A stretch of DNA of 64,000 nucleotides from Aulosira sp. ZfuVER01 (GTDB lineage Bacteria; Cyanobacteriota; Cyanobacteriia; Cyanobacteriales; Nostocaceae). The stretch spans positions 124,335-188,334 of the forward strand of contig JAVRCV020000071.1 of NCBI GenBank assembly GCA_034530615.2. The letters are read 5' to 3'. This document shows positions 10,191-20,325 of the stretch, one piece after another. The stretch's first letter is position 1. Every line of letters begins with the position of its first letter. A program made the position numbers and the translations under genes. The notes under the pieces were generated by a model, which was given only the letters and a program-made list of their open reading frames with translations, did not search any database and was not told where the DNA came from.

Positions 10191-12392
10191 ATGATGGAGA
10201 ATCATTTTACTAAAACCTCAAGTTACGAACGGAATGGAAGTTCTGCCTATCCAGTACTTTCATCTCAACTTCCTTCATGGTTTGAAAAGGAAAATAATGA
10301 TTGGGATTTGCGGCAATTCCTGGGTCTTATACAGCGGCGAGCATTAATTATTGCGGGAGTAGCCACTGTGGTGATGAGTGGTGTATCTTACTCCACACTA
10401 AATCAGAAACCAGTCTATGAAAGCAATTTTAGACTTTTAGTAGAACCTGTAAATGAAGAAAAATCTTTAGCACAACTCACGTTAGATCCTAGCGGCTCGG
10501 ACAAGGCAGGGAATTTAGATTACGAAAGTCAAATTCAAGTTCTCAAAAGTCCTGAGCTAATGGCAGGAATTGTCAAACAGATTCGATATTACTATCCAGA
10601 ACTTAGCTATGAATCTCTACTAAAATCTTTAACTATTCGCCGTTTAGGTGCAACTAAAATTATAGAAGTTAGCTATCGCAGTAACGATGTTACCAAGATA
10701 AAATTAGTATTAGATGTAATTGCTAAATCTTACTTAAACTACAGTCTGGAAAAGCGGCAAACTAAGTTAAGACAAGGAGTTCAGTTTGTTGATAAGCAGT
10801 TACCAAGCATAAAAAACCGCGTAGATCAGCTGCAAAAAGAATTACAACTTTTCCGCCAAAGATACGACTTTATTAGTCCAGATGCTCAAGCTTCACAAGT
10901 TGCATCTCAAGTAAATATATTGAGTAGTCAAAGACTAGCAATTGATCAGAAATTAGCAGAGTATCGTGCTAATTTTGATAGTTTAAAAGGACAAGAAGGA
11001 GAATTGTCTGCACTCAATAATGCACCTGTATATCAGCAATTATTTGTACAGATGCGTCAATTAGAAGCACAAATTTCTGGTGAATTAGCTCGCTTTCAAG
11101 AAGACAGCCCACCACTACAAGTCTTAAGACAAAAAAGAGACAATCTATTACCATTAATTCAACAAGAAGCACGGCGTTTTCTTGGAGTAAAGAATGCTGA
11201 GTTAGTAACGCAAATTCAAAGTTTGGAACTTCAAAGTCAAGAACTAAAAAAAGCGGAAGTTAAACTTGACAATGAAGTTAAACTTTTACCAGTTTTATCA
11301 AGAAAATATACTGAACTTCAGCGAGATTTACAAATCGCAACTGAGAGCTTAAATCGCTTTGTGGTCACTCGGGAAACTCTACAAATTCAGGTGGCTCAAA
11401 CAGAACTTCCTTGGGAGTTAATTCAAGAAGCACCTGAACCAGAAGACCCGATATCTCCTAATATTCAACGTAGTTTAACTATAGGAGTTATAGCTAGTTT
11501 ACTGTTAGGTTTTGGCATCAGCTTACTCGTAGAAAAAGTAGACAATACCTACCATAATGTTGGGGATTTAAAGGAAAATATTAAACTACCTTTGTTAGGA
11601 ATTTTACCGTTCGAGAAGAAAGTTCAAAATACTATTTACCACAATCTAGAACGTAGCAGTCTTTCAGAAAAAATTCCCTTTAGTTTTTCTCGAAGATTTT
11701 CTAAAGTGTCTAATATTTTACAGCAAAACTCCGCAAGCGATCGCTATTACGGTCAAGGTAAATTCTGGGAAGCCTTACAAGTTCTGTATTCAAATATTCA
11801 ACTACTCAATTCCGATCAACCAATTCATTCCTTAATTATTAGTTCAGCACTACCAGGAGATGGTAAGTCCACTGTTTCCTTCCAGCTAGCGCAGATAGCA
11901 GCCGCAATGGGTAAACGAGTACTGCTTGTGGATGCTGATTTACGCAGACCCCAAGTTCACCATCTAGCTGATTTAAATAACTTGTGGGGGTTAAGTAGTT
12001 TAATTTCGACAAACATACCAGCAGGGCAAGTAATCCGGCAAATGCCTGAGATGAACAATTTATCTGTGGTGACTTCAGGCCCCATACCACCCGATCCGGC
12101 AAGGCTGCTATCGTCAGAAAAGATGAAGCAACTAATGGGATATTTCCATAGAACCTTTGACTTAGTAATTTATGATGTTCCACCGATAGTCGGATTAGTT
12201 GATGCCAGAATGCTAGCACCCTACACTGATGGTGTTGTGCTAGTCGTGAGGTTAGATAAGACAGATAAATCCGGGTTGATGCAAGCTCAAGATAGCCTCA
12301 AAATTTCTCCAGTCAATGTCTTAGGTATTGTTGCTAATGGAGATAAGACTAAGTACAAAGGCTACAAACATTACTATAAGACTCATAGATGA
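10191..12392 (+). CDS. wzc: Polysaccharide co-polymerase / BY-kinase (Wzc/GumC family)
   Basis: Two TM segments flanking a coiled coil; GDGKST, LLVDADLRRP, IYDVPP; Tyr-rich tail KYKGYKHYY. Confidence 0.88.
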   Translation: MMENHFTKTSSYERNGSSAYPVLSSQLPSWFEKENNDWDLRQFLGLIQRRALIIAGVATVVMSGVSYSTLNQKPVYESNFRLLVEPVNEEKSLAQLTLDPSGSDKAGNLDYESQIQVLKSPELMAGIVKQIRYYYPELSYESLLKSLTIRRLGATKIIEVSYRSNDVTKIKLVLDVIAKSYLNYSLEKRQTKLRQGVQFVDKQLPSIKNRVDQLQKELQLFRQRYDFISPDAQASQVASQVNILSSQRLAIDQKLAEYRANFDSLKGQEGELSALNNAPVYQQLFVQMRQLEAQISGELARFQEDSPPLQVLRQKRDNLLPLIQQEARRFLGVKNAELVTQIQSLELQSQELKKAEVKLDNEVKLLPVLSRKYTELQRDLQIATESLNRFVVTRETLQIQVAQTELPWELIQEAPEPEDPISPNIQRSLTIGVIASLLLGFGISLLVEKVDNTYHNVGDLKENIKLPLLGILPFEKKVQNTIYHNLERSSLSEKIPFSFSRRFSKVSNILQQNSASDRYYGQGKFWEALQVLYSNIQLLNSDQPIHSLIISSALPGDGKSTVSFQLAQIAAAMGKRVLLVDADLRRPQVHHLADLNNLWGLSSLISTNIPAGQVIRQMPEMNNLSVVTSGPIPPDPARLLSSEKMKQLMGYFHRTFDLVIYDVPPIVGLVDARMLAPYTDGVVLVVRLDKTDKSGLMQAQDSLKISPVNVLGIVANGDKTKYKGYKHYYKTHR

Positions 12393-12449
12393 AAGGGAAC
12401 AAGCAATAGGCAATGCTAATTTGTTCTTTGTCCTCTCTTACAAAGTTCT

Positions 12450-12625
12450 GTTCGCCGGAAGCCGGTACTCAACGCCAGTTCGTTCAAGTCGGGAGACCCT
12501 TTCGGCAGTCACTCATAGGGGACTCGGGGCCCCCACGAAGTGGGGATTGGGGGAGAACCCCCAAGACCGCGCTGCCGACGCTCCTACGTCGCTACCGCTA
12601 CGCTAACACCACACGACTGGCTCGA
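12450..12625. repeat. Cluster of nested GC-rich short dispersed palindromic repeats
   Basis: GC-rich island of short palindromes (ggggactcggggcccc, tgggggagaaccccca) in AT-rich intergenic DNA. Confidence 0.6.
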
Positions 12626-12696
12626 CTTTGCGCTTTGTCATTAGTTATTTATTCCTCTGCCCTGCGATGCGTTATTGTGAATAATAGGCGCTTTAT

Positions 12697-13284
12697 ATGG
12701 GTAGAGCAATGCGCGTTGCAGTGATATTGAGCATAGCGATCGCAACCGTAACTGGAATTGCAGGATATACTTCACAATCGAGTCCAGCAATTCAGTTGCA
12801 AGATGGCACAGTATATTTTGCCGCACCGCCGCGCTTGGTTAGTGCAACTACTACCTTTAACGAAGTTTATGTCTGGGGTGCAACCTACTACTTTACTCTT
12901 AGCCTGCCAGAGAATGCCGGCGAACCACTGCAAAGAGTTACAATTAACCAGCGTGAGGGAGTAGATTACATTCGCTTCGACCTGAAAAACACTGTTGCTT
13001 TTGCAGAGAATAGCTCCCATGCAAAACAGAAGCTAGCATTAAAAGATGCAACTAGCGATCGCAAAACTCAAACCACATCACTAAGATTCGATCCACCAGT
13101 ATCTCCGGGAACAACCATTACAATTGCCCTTCAACCTTGGCAAAATCCCAGCGTTGCGGGTGTTTATTTATTTGGCGTCACAGCTTTTCCCGCAGGTGAA
13201 AAATCTCACGGACAATTTCTAGGCTTTGGGCGACTAAGTTTTTACAGCCACGGTCACTCTATATTTTCACCTTTTGGGTGGTGA
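12697..13284 (+). CDS. DUF2808-like exported protein
   Basis: Signal peptide; TYYFTLSLP..AGEPL, FDPPVSPG, NP..GVYLFGVTAFP. Confidence 0.75.
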   Translation: MGRAMRVAVILSIAIATVTGIAGYTSQSSPAIQLQDGTVYFAAPPRLVSATTTFNEVYVWGATYYFTLSLPENAGEPLQRVTINQREGVDYIRFDLKNTVAFAENSSHAKQKLALKDATSDRKTQTTSLRFDPPVSPGTTITIALQPWQNPSVAGVYLFGVTAFPAGEKSHGQFLGFGRLSFYSHGHSIFSPFGW

Positions 13285-13360
13285 TTGTAATTTGTCATTA
13301 GAAGCTGGAATGTACTTTCATTAAATCTCTTAATTTTGAATTTTGAATTTTGAATTGACA

Positions 13361-15946
13361 TTACTTCTCTTTAAAAGTCCAAACACCTTCATCCCAATCT
13401 GCATCTGATGGGGGTGATTCTATCCAATGTTGACAACGGCGCAGATGCAAAATAGCAGATTTGTCATAACTATCAATGTCTAGAACTTTAGCAAACTCGG
13501 CTTGAGCCAAGCTAAATTGGCGATTTATATAATACTCGCGTCCTTTGTGATAGCGCTCAATCACTTCTAGTTTTTGGCTACTAATGGGATCGGAACGCAA
13601 ACTTAAGAGTTCATAAATAGCTACTGGCTCATTTCTACCTTTAACACGAATATAATCTAATTCCCTTGCCCAAATATTATTACGGCAAGGTTTATAAGTG
13701 TTATCGCTAATAATAATGTCACAACCATATTGTTTGCTGACACTTTCTAGGCGAGAGCCGAGGTTAACACCATCACCGATGGCTGTAAATTCCATTCTTT
13801 TACTGGAGCCAATATTACCGCTGATCACAGTATCAGAATTAATCCCGATACCAATGTTAATTCTTGGCTTATTGCTAAGGTAGCGACGTTGATTAAAATC
13901 GTGCAATCTATGGCGCATTTCTAAAGCTGTTTGCACTGCCATCCAAGCGTGTTCTTCTAATGGTAAAGGAGAACCAAACACAGCCATGATGGCATCGCCA
14001 ATATATTTATCCAGAGTACCTTTATGTTTAAAAACTGCCTCTACCATTGATTCAAAATATTCATTGAGCATACTCACAACTTCTTCAGCTTCTAGATTTT
14101 CGGTTAAAGTTGTGTAGCCACGAATATCAGAAAATAGAATCGAAACTTCTTTGCGATCGCCTCCTAATTTAGCATCATCTAACTTCAGTAATTCTTCTGC
14201 TAATTCTTGGGTCATGTAGCGATACATGGTACTTTTTAGGCGCTTTTCATCGCTGATGTCTTCCATGACAACTAATGCGCCACTGACTTGTTTTTGATCG
14301 CTAGCATCAGCAATTGTATTAATCGACAAATTTATACTGTGCTGTTCTGTGCCAGGAGTTAAAAGAGTGCGATCTGGGTAATATTGCTGTCGGTGTTTAA
14401 AATCTGCCGCATTTAAAGCATTCTCACACCATTTACTAAAATTACCTTCTTTAATAGTGATGACATCTTGAATAGATAGACCTTCCAATCGGTCTTGTTC
14501 TTTTAAATCTAACAAGCGTTTAGCACTTTCGTTTGCCGCAATAATTAACCCAGCTTTATCAGTAGAAATTACACCATTAGAAAGGCTGCGCAAAATATCG
14601 CGCTGCATTTGTTCTTGTTGCTTAACTGTGGCAAATAACTGAGCATTTTGCAGCGCTACTCCTGCTTGAATATTAAAAGCTTCCATAAACTCTTCATCGT
14701 TATGATCGAAACTTGCTTGGAAGCATTCCGGAGCTTTTGGCCAAAGAGAATGATCGTAAGGTGGAAAATCCCCTGATTTTTTTTTATTGACTAACTGGGT
14801 AACGCCAATTAATTGCCGATCGGCATTAAACACTGGCATACAAAGTAAGCTACAGGTACGAAAGCTCGTTTCTTGGTCAATTTTTTTAGCTGTCTCCGAA
14901 TCTGGATGGTCATACAAGTCAAAAGGAATATTGAGTTTTTTACCCGATGCAGCTACTATGCCCGCAAAGCCTTTACCTATGGGAACTCGCAATTCTTTTG
15001 TTGTACCATCATCTTGAGTAATCTTTGTCCATAAATCTTGGCGATCGCGATCTATTAACCATAAGGTACTGCGATCGGCATTCATGAGTTCTTTGGCTTC
15101 TGCCATTACCCTTTTTAGGGTATCTTCTAAGTCAAGATTGCTTTGCGACAGCGACTTAATCGCTTTCATTAATGCTGCGGCTGCTCTTTGTTTCTGGGTT
15201 GCTACGTAAAAAGAGCGCGATGATTCTAAAATTAAGCGAATTGATGGTGCAAATTCTTGAAATAATTCTTCGTCCGCGTGAGTAAAGCCTTTGGTATCAA
15301 TTCGGTCTGCAATTGGTGCATCTAGAGTATGTATAGGTTTTAATTTATTCAGTAATTGTACTACCGCCACTAATTGTCCTTGTTCATTCAACAATGGCAA
15401 AGCCAGCATTGTATATGTACGGTAGCCAGTAATTTTTTCTTGTTCCCGCGCAAAGACAGAACGGGGGTCTTGATAAAAATCATAAGGAATATTGATGACT
15501 TTTTTGAAAGTTGCAACTTCCCCAGCAATTCCTTTATCTGCGGGAATGCGAATTTCTAAAGAGCGATCGCCTTCCCCCTCAGCTAAAATTGACCATAGTT
15601 GTTGCTTTTCTTCATCCAATAAAAAGATTGTAGTGCGGTCTGCACCTAGTAATTCTCCTGTTTTTAAAGTAATCGAATGCAACATTTCTTCGAGGATTGT
15701 GTCAAACCCATGAGAATCTAGTCTTGACAAAGTTTGATGAACAATCTGTAATTTCTGTTCGACTTCTTTAACAACTTGTTTAAAAGTTTCCTGAGTTAAG
15801 GGAGCCAGAAAAGAAGAAATAGTGCCTTGTCTTTTTGCCAGCGCACCTACAGGAGCAACATTCTCTTGTGAATAGCCATTTTCTGGATTGCGAACCCCAA
15901 TAATTAAATCGGCAGTCTCATCAATACTAGGTTGATGCGATGACAT
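13361..15946 (-). CDS. cyaB2: GAF-GAF-PAS class III adenylate cyclase (CyaB2 type)
   Basis: Two GAF domains with NK-x19-F-x3-DE and NK-x24-F-x3-DE (long inserts typical of CyaB2 rather than CyaB1); FSDIRGYT, DKYIGDAIMA, GDGVNLGSRLE. Confidence 0.8.
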   Translation of the reverse strand: MSSHQPSIDETADLIIGVRNPENGYSQENVAPVGALAKRQGTISSFLAPLTQETFKQVVKEVEQKLQIVHQTLSRLDSHGFDTILEEMLHSITLKTGELLGADRTTIFLLDEEKQQLWSILAEGEGDRSLEIRIPADKGIAGEVATFKKVINIPYDFYQDPRSVFAREQEKITGYRTYTMLALPLLNEQGQLVAVVQLLNKLKPIHTLDAPIADRIDTKGFTHADEELFQEFAPSIRLILESSRSFYVATQKQRAAAALMKAIKSLSQSNLDLEDTLKRVMAEAKELMNADRSTLWLIDRDRQDLWTKITQDDGTTKELRVPIGKGFAGIVAASGKKLNIPFDLYDHPDSETAKKIDQETSFRTCSLLCMPVFNADRQLIGVTQLVNKKKSGDFPPYDHSLWPKAPECFQASFDHNDEEFMEAFNIQAGVALQNAQLFATVKQQEQMQRDILRSLSNGVISTDKAGLIIAANESAKRLLDLKEQDRLEGLSIQDVITIKEGNFSKWCENALNAADFKHRQQYYPDRTLLTPGTEQHSINLSINTIADASDQKQVSGALVVMEDISDEKRLKSTMYRYMTQELAEELLKLDDAKLGGDRKEVSILFSDIRGYTTLTENLEAEEVVSMLNEYFESMVEAVFKHKGTLDKYIGDAIMAVFGSPLPLEEHAWMAVQTALEMRHRLHDFNQRRYLSNKPRINIGIGINSDTVISGNIGSSKRMEFTAIGDGVNLGSRLESVSKQYGCDIIISDNTYKPCRNNIWARELDYIRVKGRNEPVAIYELLSLRSDPISSQKLEVIERYHKGREYYINRQFSLAQAEFAKVLDIDSYDKSAILHLRRCQHWIESPPSDADWDEGVWTFKEK

Positions 15947-16266
15947 AATGAGCTTTATATATAGTGGTTATATTTTAGAAATGTTATTTAACTGTTGCTA
16001 TCTGCAACAATCTCTAGACATTATCCACAGTTTAATCTGTTGTTGAGCTAGCGTCATCCTGTAGAAAACTGGGTGAAATTAATAATTTATGATTCCAACT
16101 CTGCTGCTGTAAAGTTATTTCCACGGTTGTATGCCTCTTCCGATCTGCTAAAGGGTTGGTAATTAGCAAAATTTCAGTCAATTTTGTCGGTCATCTTCGT
16201 TCTCCGAAATTTAACGACAATCAAGGAATACCCTAATTCAGGCTAACTGTAAAGAGATTCTCCTGA

Positions 16267-16382
16267 TATAGCAATCCGATTTGATTCATAAACTTACTCG
16301 TAAGCACAGAGAACAGGAAAAAAGAAAAACAAGGGAATTCGATTTATACGGAGTAATTTACAAAAATCAAATAGTAGTCTTA
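16267..16382. mobile_element. Degenerate MITE-like inverted repeat
   Basis: TATAGCAATCCGATTTGATT ... AATCAAATAGTAGTCTTA imperfect arms. Confidence 0.35.
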
Positions 16383-17002
16383 AGATTCATTTAAGTATAG
16401 ATAAAAACATTATGGGTATTAGTAGCTCAAGTGCAATGTCTAACGACAAGCTGCTTTAAATCTAAACAAACTTCGCAGATATGACCTCTAGATTGATAAG
16501 ACTTGTGAAAGTCGTGTATCCATAATTCCCACAGAGCTTACTCAATTAACAGTTCCCAGTTTACTTGAAGTTTTGTAACAAATTTAGCGTACTGCATAAA
16601 AACTAGAGAAGAGATCGATATATATGCGGAGACATTGAATATACATCAACAAAGTCCCCAACGTTATAGTTTCATCTTTTCCCAGAGGTAAATTTGCAGA
16701 TGCTGCACACATTAGAGCGCCCACGCACCTTAGTCAAAAGTACTTATACTCCACCCAATCCCAAACCTTTATTACCTGACCTAGATCCACCATCGAAAAC
16801 TACCCAAACTGAAGAAGTGTCTGAGCCTAGCGAAACAGAAACATCTCAGCCTAGCGAGACTGAAGAATCTTCAGCGTCAGAGTAAATACTCATCTAACTT
16901 CAATCAGGGTCAACTACCAGGTACAATAGATTGCGAAAGCCTTACCAGACGCTAGTAATAGCGTTTTTTTTGGTCGTTCTTGAGCAGAGGCAAATTCTGG
17001 AG

Positions 17003-19456
17003 ATGGCTCAAATTAGCAAAGGTTGTGCTTGGCAACTGGGCTTAACAAATGTTGGGGGGTTGACCTTTGGCATTGGGTTTTTGATGACAAATCCGGCATT
17101 TGCCCAGAGTGCCATTACTCCCGATGATAGTCTCGGCAATGAGAGAACTCAAGTTATCCAAAACTACCTTGGTGGGGCTACGGAAGCGATCGCAGGCGGA
17201 GCAACTCGCAGTAACAATCTGTTCCACAGTTTATTAGAATTTAACGTTAGTGAAGGACGTTCAGCAGTTTTCTTAAGTCCTAACAGTAGTATTCAAAATA
17301 TTTTAGTGCGGGTTACTGGTAATAACCATTCTGAGATTTTGGGCAAACTTGCTACTCTTGGTTCTAATGCCAACTTATTTTTGATTAACCCCAATGGTGT
17401 ATTTTTTGGCGCAAATGCCACACTCGATATTGGTGGTTCATTTGTCGCTAGTACAGCAAACAGCATCCAATTTGCTGATGGCACAAATTTTAGCGCCACT
17501 ACTCCCCAAACCACACCTCTACTAACAGTCACTACACCAATTGGGTTGCAATTCGATCGGGCTGGGGGAGAGATTAATCATTACGGAGCTTTAGAAGTCA
17601 CCCCTGGTAAGACTTTAGCTCTAGTAGGCGGTAACATTAACCTGAATGGGAACGGTAAATTAGAAGAGAACCGTCGAACTCTCAAAGCTTTAAGCGGACA
17701 AATCGCTGTCGCTGGAATCTCAGGAGTAGGGACAGTAGGAATTAACCTCGATAGCCAAAACCAGCCTTTAACTATTCCCAGTAATATTACACCAGCAGAT
17801 ATATCACTGAAAAATCTAGTGGTCATCTTAGCCGATGGGCCAGGCGGTGGTTTTATTCAACTACAAGGTAGACAAATTAAACTTACTGATGGTTCTATAG
17901 TCCAAGCCGATACCCTAGGTAGTGAAAATGGTAGAGGTATTCTTGTTCAAGCAGAGCAATTAACTGTTCAAGACGGTTCCCAAATCAAAGCTGGTACTGT
18001 TCCCAAGTCAACAGGTTCCGGAGGAAGTTTAACTGTAAAAGCCACTGACTTTGTGCAAGTGAGTGGAACTATCCCTCAAGGTACACCCGATGTTGCTGGT
18101 TTCCCCAGTGGTTTATTCACTCAGACCTTTGGCGACGGCGCAGCAGGCCCGTTGACTATAGAAACAGGAAAATTAATTATTGAAGGTGGAGCTAACATAG
18201 CAACTAGTGCACGGCAGGGTAGAGGTAACGGAGGAACATTAAAAGTAACTGCCTCAGACTTGATTAAAATAAGTGGCGCTTCTTTTCTTGATTACCCTAG
18301 CGGCTTGTTTACTCAGACTCTAGATTTAGGAAACGCAGGTTCTTTGGAAGTTGACACCAGACAATTGATTGCCCAGGATGGAGGAGTGGTAACAGCTGGT
18401 ACAGGCACGAATAGTCAAGGCAAAGGTGGAAACTTGACGGTACGTGCTTCTGAGTTTATCGAATTAAGTGGGCGATCGCCAATTGATAAAGACCCCAGTG
18501 GCTTATTTGCTCGCAGTCGTGGTAGTGGAGATGCAGGTTCCTTGTTTGTGACTACAGAACAGTTAATTGTACGAAATGGGGCGCGAGTCACAGTAGAAGC
18601 CTTAGGTTCGGGAAATGCAGGTACATTAGCAGTTAACGCCCGTGAAATTCGTTTGGATAGACAAGGCGAATTAGTTGCGAAAACGATATCAGGTAATGGT
18701 GGCGATATTATTCTGCAACCACAGAATTTACTCCTGTTACGCAATAATAGTCAAATCTCAACTACAGCAGGTACTGCTGGTGGTGCTGGCAATGGTGGTA
18801 ATATCACCGTTAATACTCCTGATGGCTTTATCGTAGCTGTACCTGAGGAAAATAGCGATATCACAGCTAACGCTTTCACAGGTGCCGGCGGTAGAGTTGC
18901 AATCAATGCTTTTGGAATTTTTGGGCTAGAACAGCGCAGTCGAGAAGACTTAGTGGCACTTCTAAATACCAACAACCCAACTAAACTAGACCCGCAATTG
19001 TTACCTAGTAACGACATCACAGCAATTTCTCAGACAAACCCAACTTTAAGCGGCGTGGTCACTATCAATACACCGGATGTTGACCCAAATAGCGGTTTAG
19101 TCAACTTACCAACTCAACCAGTAGACTTAAAAGTAGCTCAAACTTGTAGAGCGATCGCAACTAACAATAAAAGCAGTTTTAGTGTAACTGGACGTGGTGG
19201 CATACCTTCCAGCCCGACAGAAACGCTTAATAATGAAGCTGTTCTAGCAGATTGGATTGCTTTAGATGGAGTCCGTCAAACCTCTGCGCAACCAACTGTC
19301 AACCAAAATTCCACTAAGCCTGATTCCACAAAGATTGTAGAAGCTACAGCATGGGCGATAAACCCCAAAGGAGAGGTAGTTCTCACCGCGAATAAATCCA
19401 ATTTGATAGGGCAAAATTCTTGGAACAAGCCAACTGACTGTAGTAAATCTCAATAA
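17003..19456 (+). CDS. Filamentous haemagglutinin / two-partner-secretion exoprotein
   Basis: NLFHS..FNV and NLFLINPNG TPS motifs; beta-helical G-x-G-G repeats. ATG at 17003 follows GGAG, while the track starts at TTG 16931. Confidence 0.85.
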   Translation: MAQISKGCAWQLGLTNVGGLTFGIGFLMTNPAFAQSAITPDDSLGNERTQVIQNYLGGATEAIAGGATRSNNLFHSLLEFNVSEGRSAVFLSPNSSIQNILVRVTGNNHSEILGKLATLGSNANLFLINPNGVFFGANATLDIGGSFVASTANSIQFADGTNFSATTPQTTPLLTVTTPIGLQFDRAGGEINHYGALEVTPGKTLALVGGNINLNGNGKLEENRRTLKALSGQIAVAGISGVGTVGINLDSQNQPLTIPSNITPADISLKNLVVILADGPGGGFIQLQGRQIKLTDGSIVQADTLGSENGRGILVQAEQLTVQDGSQIKAGTVPKSTGSGGSLTVKATDFVQVSGTIPQGTPDVAGFPSGLFTQTFGDGAAGPLTIETGKLIIEGGANIATSARQGRGNGGTLKVTASDLIKISGASFLDYPSGLFTQTLDLGNAGSLEVDTRQLIAQDGGVVTAGTGTNSQGKGGNLTVRASEFIELSGRSPIDKDPSGLFARSRGSGDAGSLFVTTEQLIVRNGARVTVEALGSGNAGTLAVNAREIRLDRQGELVAKTISGNGGDIILQPQNLLLLRNNSQISTTAGTAGGAGNGGNITVNTPDGFIVAVPEENSDITANAFTGAGGRVAINAFGIFGLEQRSREDLVALLNTNNPTKLDPQLLPSNDITAISQTNPTLSGVVTINTPDVDPNSGLVNLPTQPVDLKVAQTCRAIATNNKSSFSVTGRGGIPSSPTETLNNEAVLADWIALDGVRQTSAQPTVNQNSTKPDSTKIVEATAWAINPKGEVVLTANKSNLIGQNSWNKPTDCSKSQ

Positions 19457-19695
19457 TTGGGCATGGGGCATTTGTCATTTGGTCTTCTGTTCTTCATCCC
19501 CCTTGTCCCATGTCTCCCCACACTTCCCACACTTCCCACACTCCCTTTTCCCCCGACTACCTTCTGACACGAGCTACACTGCTACACACTTGTGAAATGA
19601 TGGACTTAATCAGCTTTTTGATGGCTATAAGAGCATAGAATTACAAGTTCTTCGATCAAGTAGCCGCCCTGTAGATGATGTAAAGAGAGGTATTT

Positions 19696-20049
19696 ATGAA
19701 CTGGATTAAGGTTCTTGCTGAAAATGAACTACCACCGAATGAGCGCAAAGTGGTGAAAGTAGAAAAACGCGCTATCTTACTAGTTCGCCATAACAACCAA
19801 ATTTACGCCTTAGAGAATTCCTGTCCTCACATGAAGCTACCTTTGCAGAAAGGTAAAATTACAGATGATGGAGCAATTGTCTGTCCTTTCCACCGTAGCG
19901 CCTTTGACCTTTCTAGCGGTAATCCTACGGAATGGATTACTTTTCCTCCTGGGATTAACAAGGTGATGGGTATGATTTCTAAGGAAAAAGCAATACCTGT
20001 TTTCCCCACCCGTGTGGAAGAAGGCAATATTTGGGTAGGTTTGCAATAA
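19696..20049 (+). CDS. Rieske [2Fe-2S] ferredoxin
   Basis: CPH...CPFH ligands; GAGG RBS. Confidence 0.9.
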   Translation: MNWIKVLAENELPPNERKVVKVEKRAILLVRHNNQIYALENSCPHMKLPLQKGKITDDGAIVCPFHRSAFDLSSGNPTEWITFPPGINKVMGMISKEKAIPVFPTRVEEGNIWVGLQ

Positions 20050-20064
20050 ATTACTGAAGCAAGG

Positions 20065-20175
20065 CAGATGGTGAGCCACTGCGGTGGACGGGTTTCCCGG
20101 CATAAAGGAGGCAGTGCGTTGGGCGGCTCTGCCGACTTGAAGCAACTGCCGTCAAGTGGCGAACCCGAAGGGCAG
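20065..20175. repeat. Short dispersed GC-rich repeat cluster
   Basis: GC-rich insert (gcggtggacgggtttcccggc...cccgaaggg) sharing motifs with 36755-36870. Confidence 0.55.
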
Positions 20176-20325
20176 AGGGCAGAAGGAAAGACAGGTAATT
20201 TTTGTTTTGAAGGTAGTCTTCTGTTCTCTGCCAGATGATTTAGAGTTTACGTTTGTACTCTCAACTCTGGAAACCAGAACACACAACTGACTTGTGAGTT
20301 TATTCATGGAAATATAAAAACATTA

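Noticed and set aside
12328..12826. Short ORFs spanning the GC-rich repeat cluster
   Set aside because: They are open only because of the GC-rich repeats and show no protein features.
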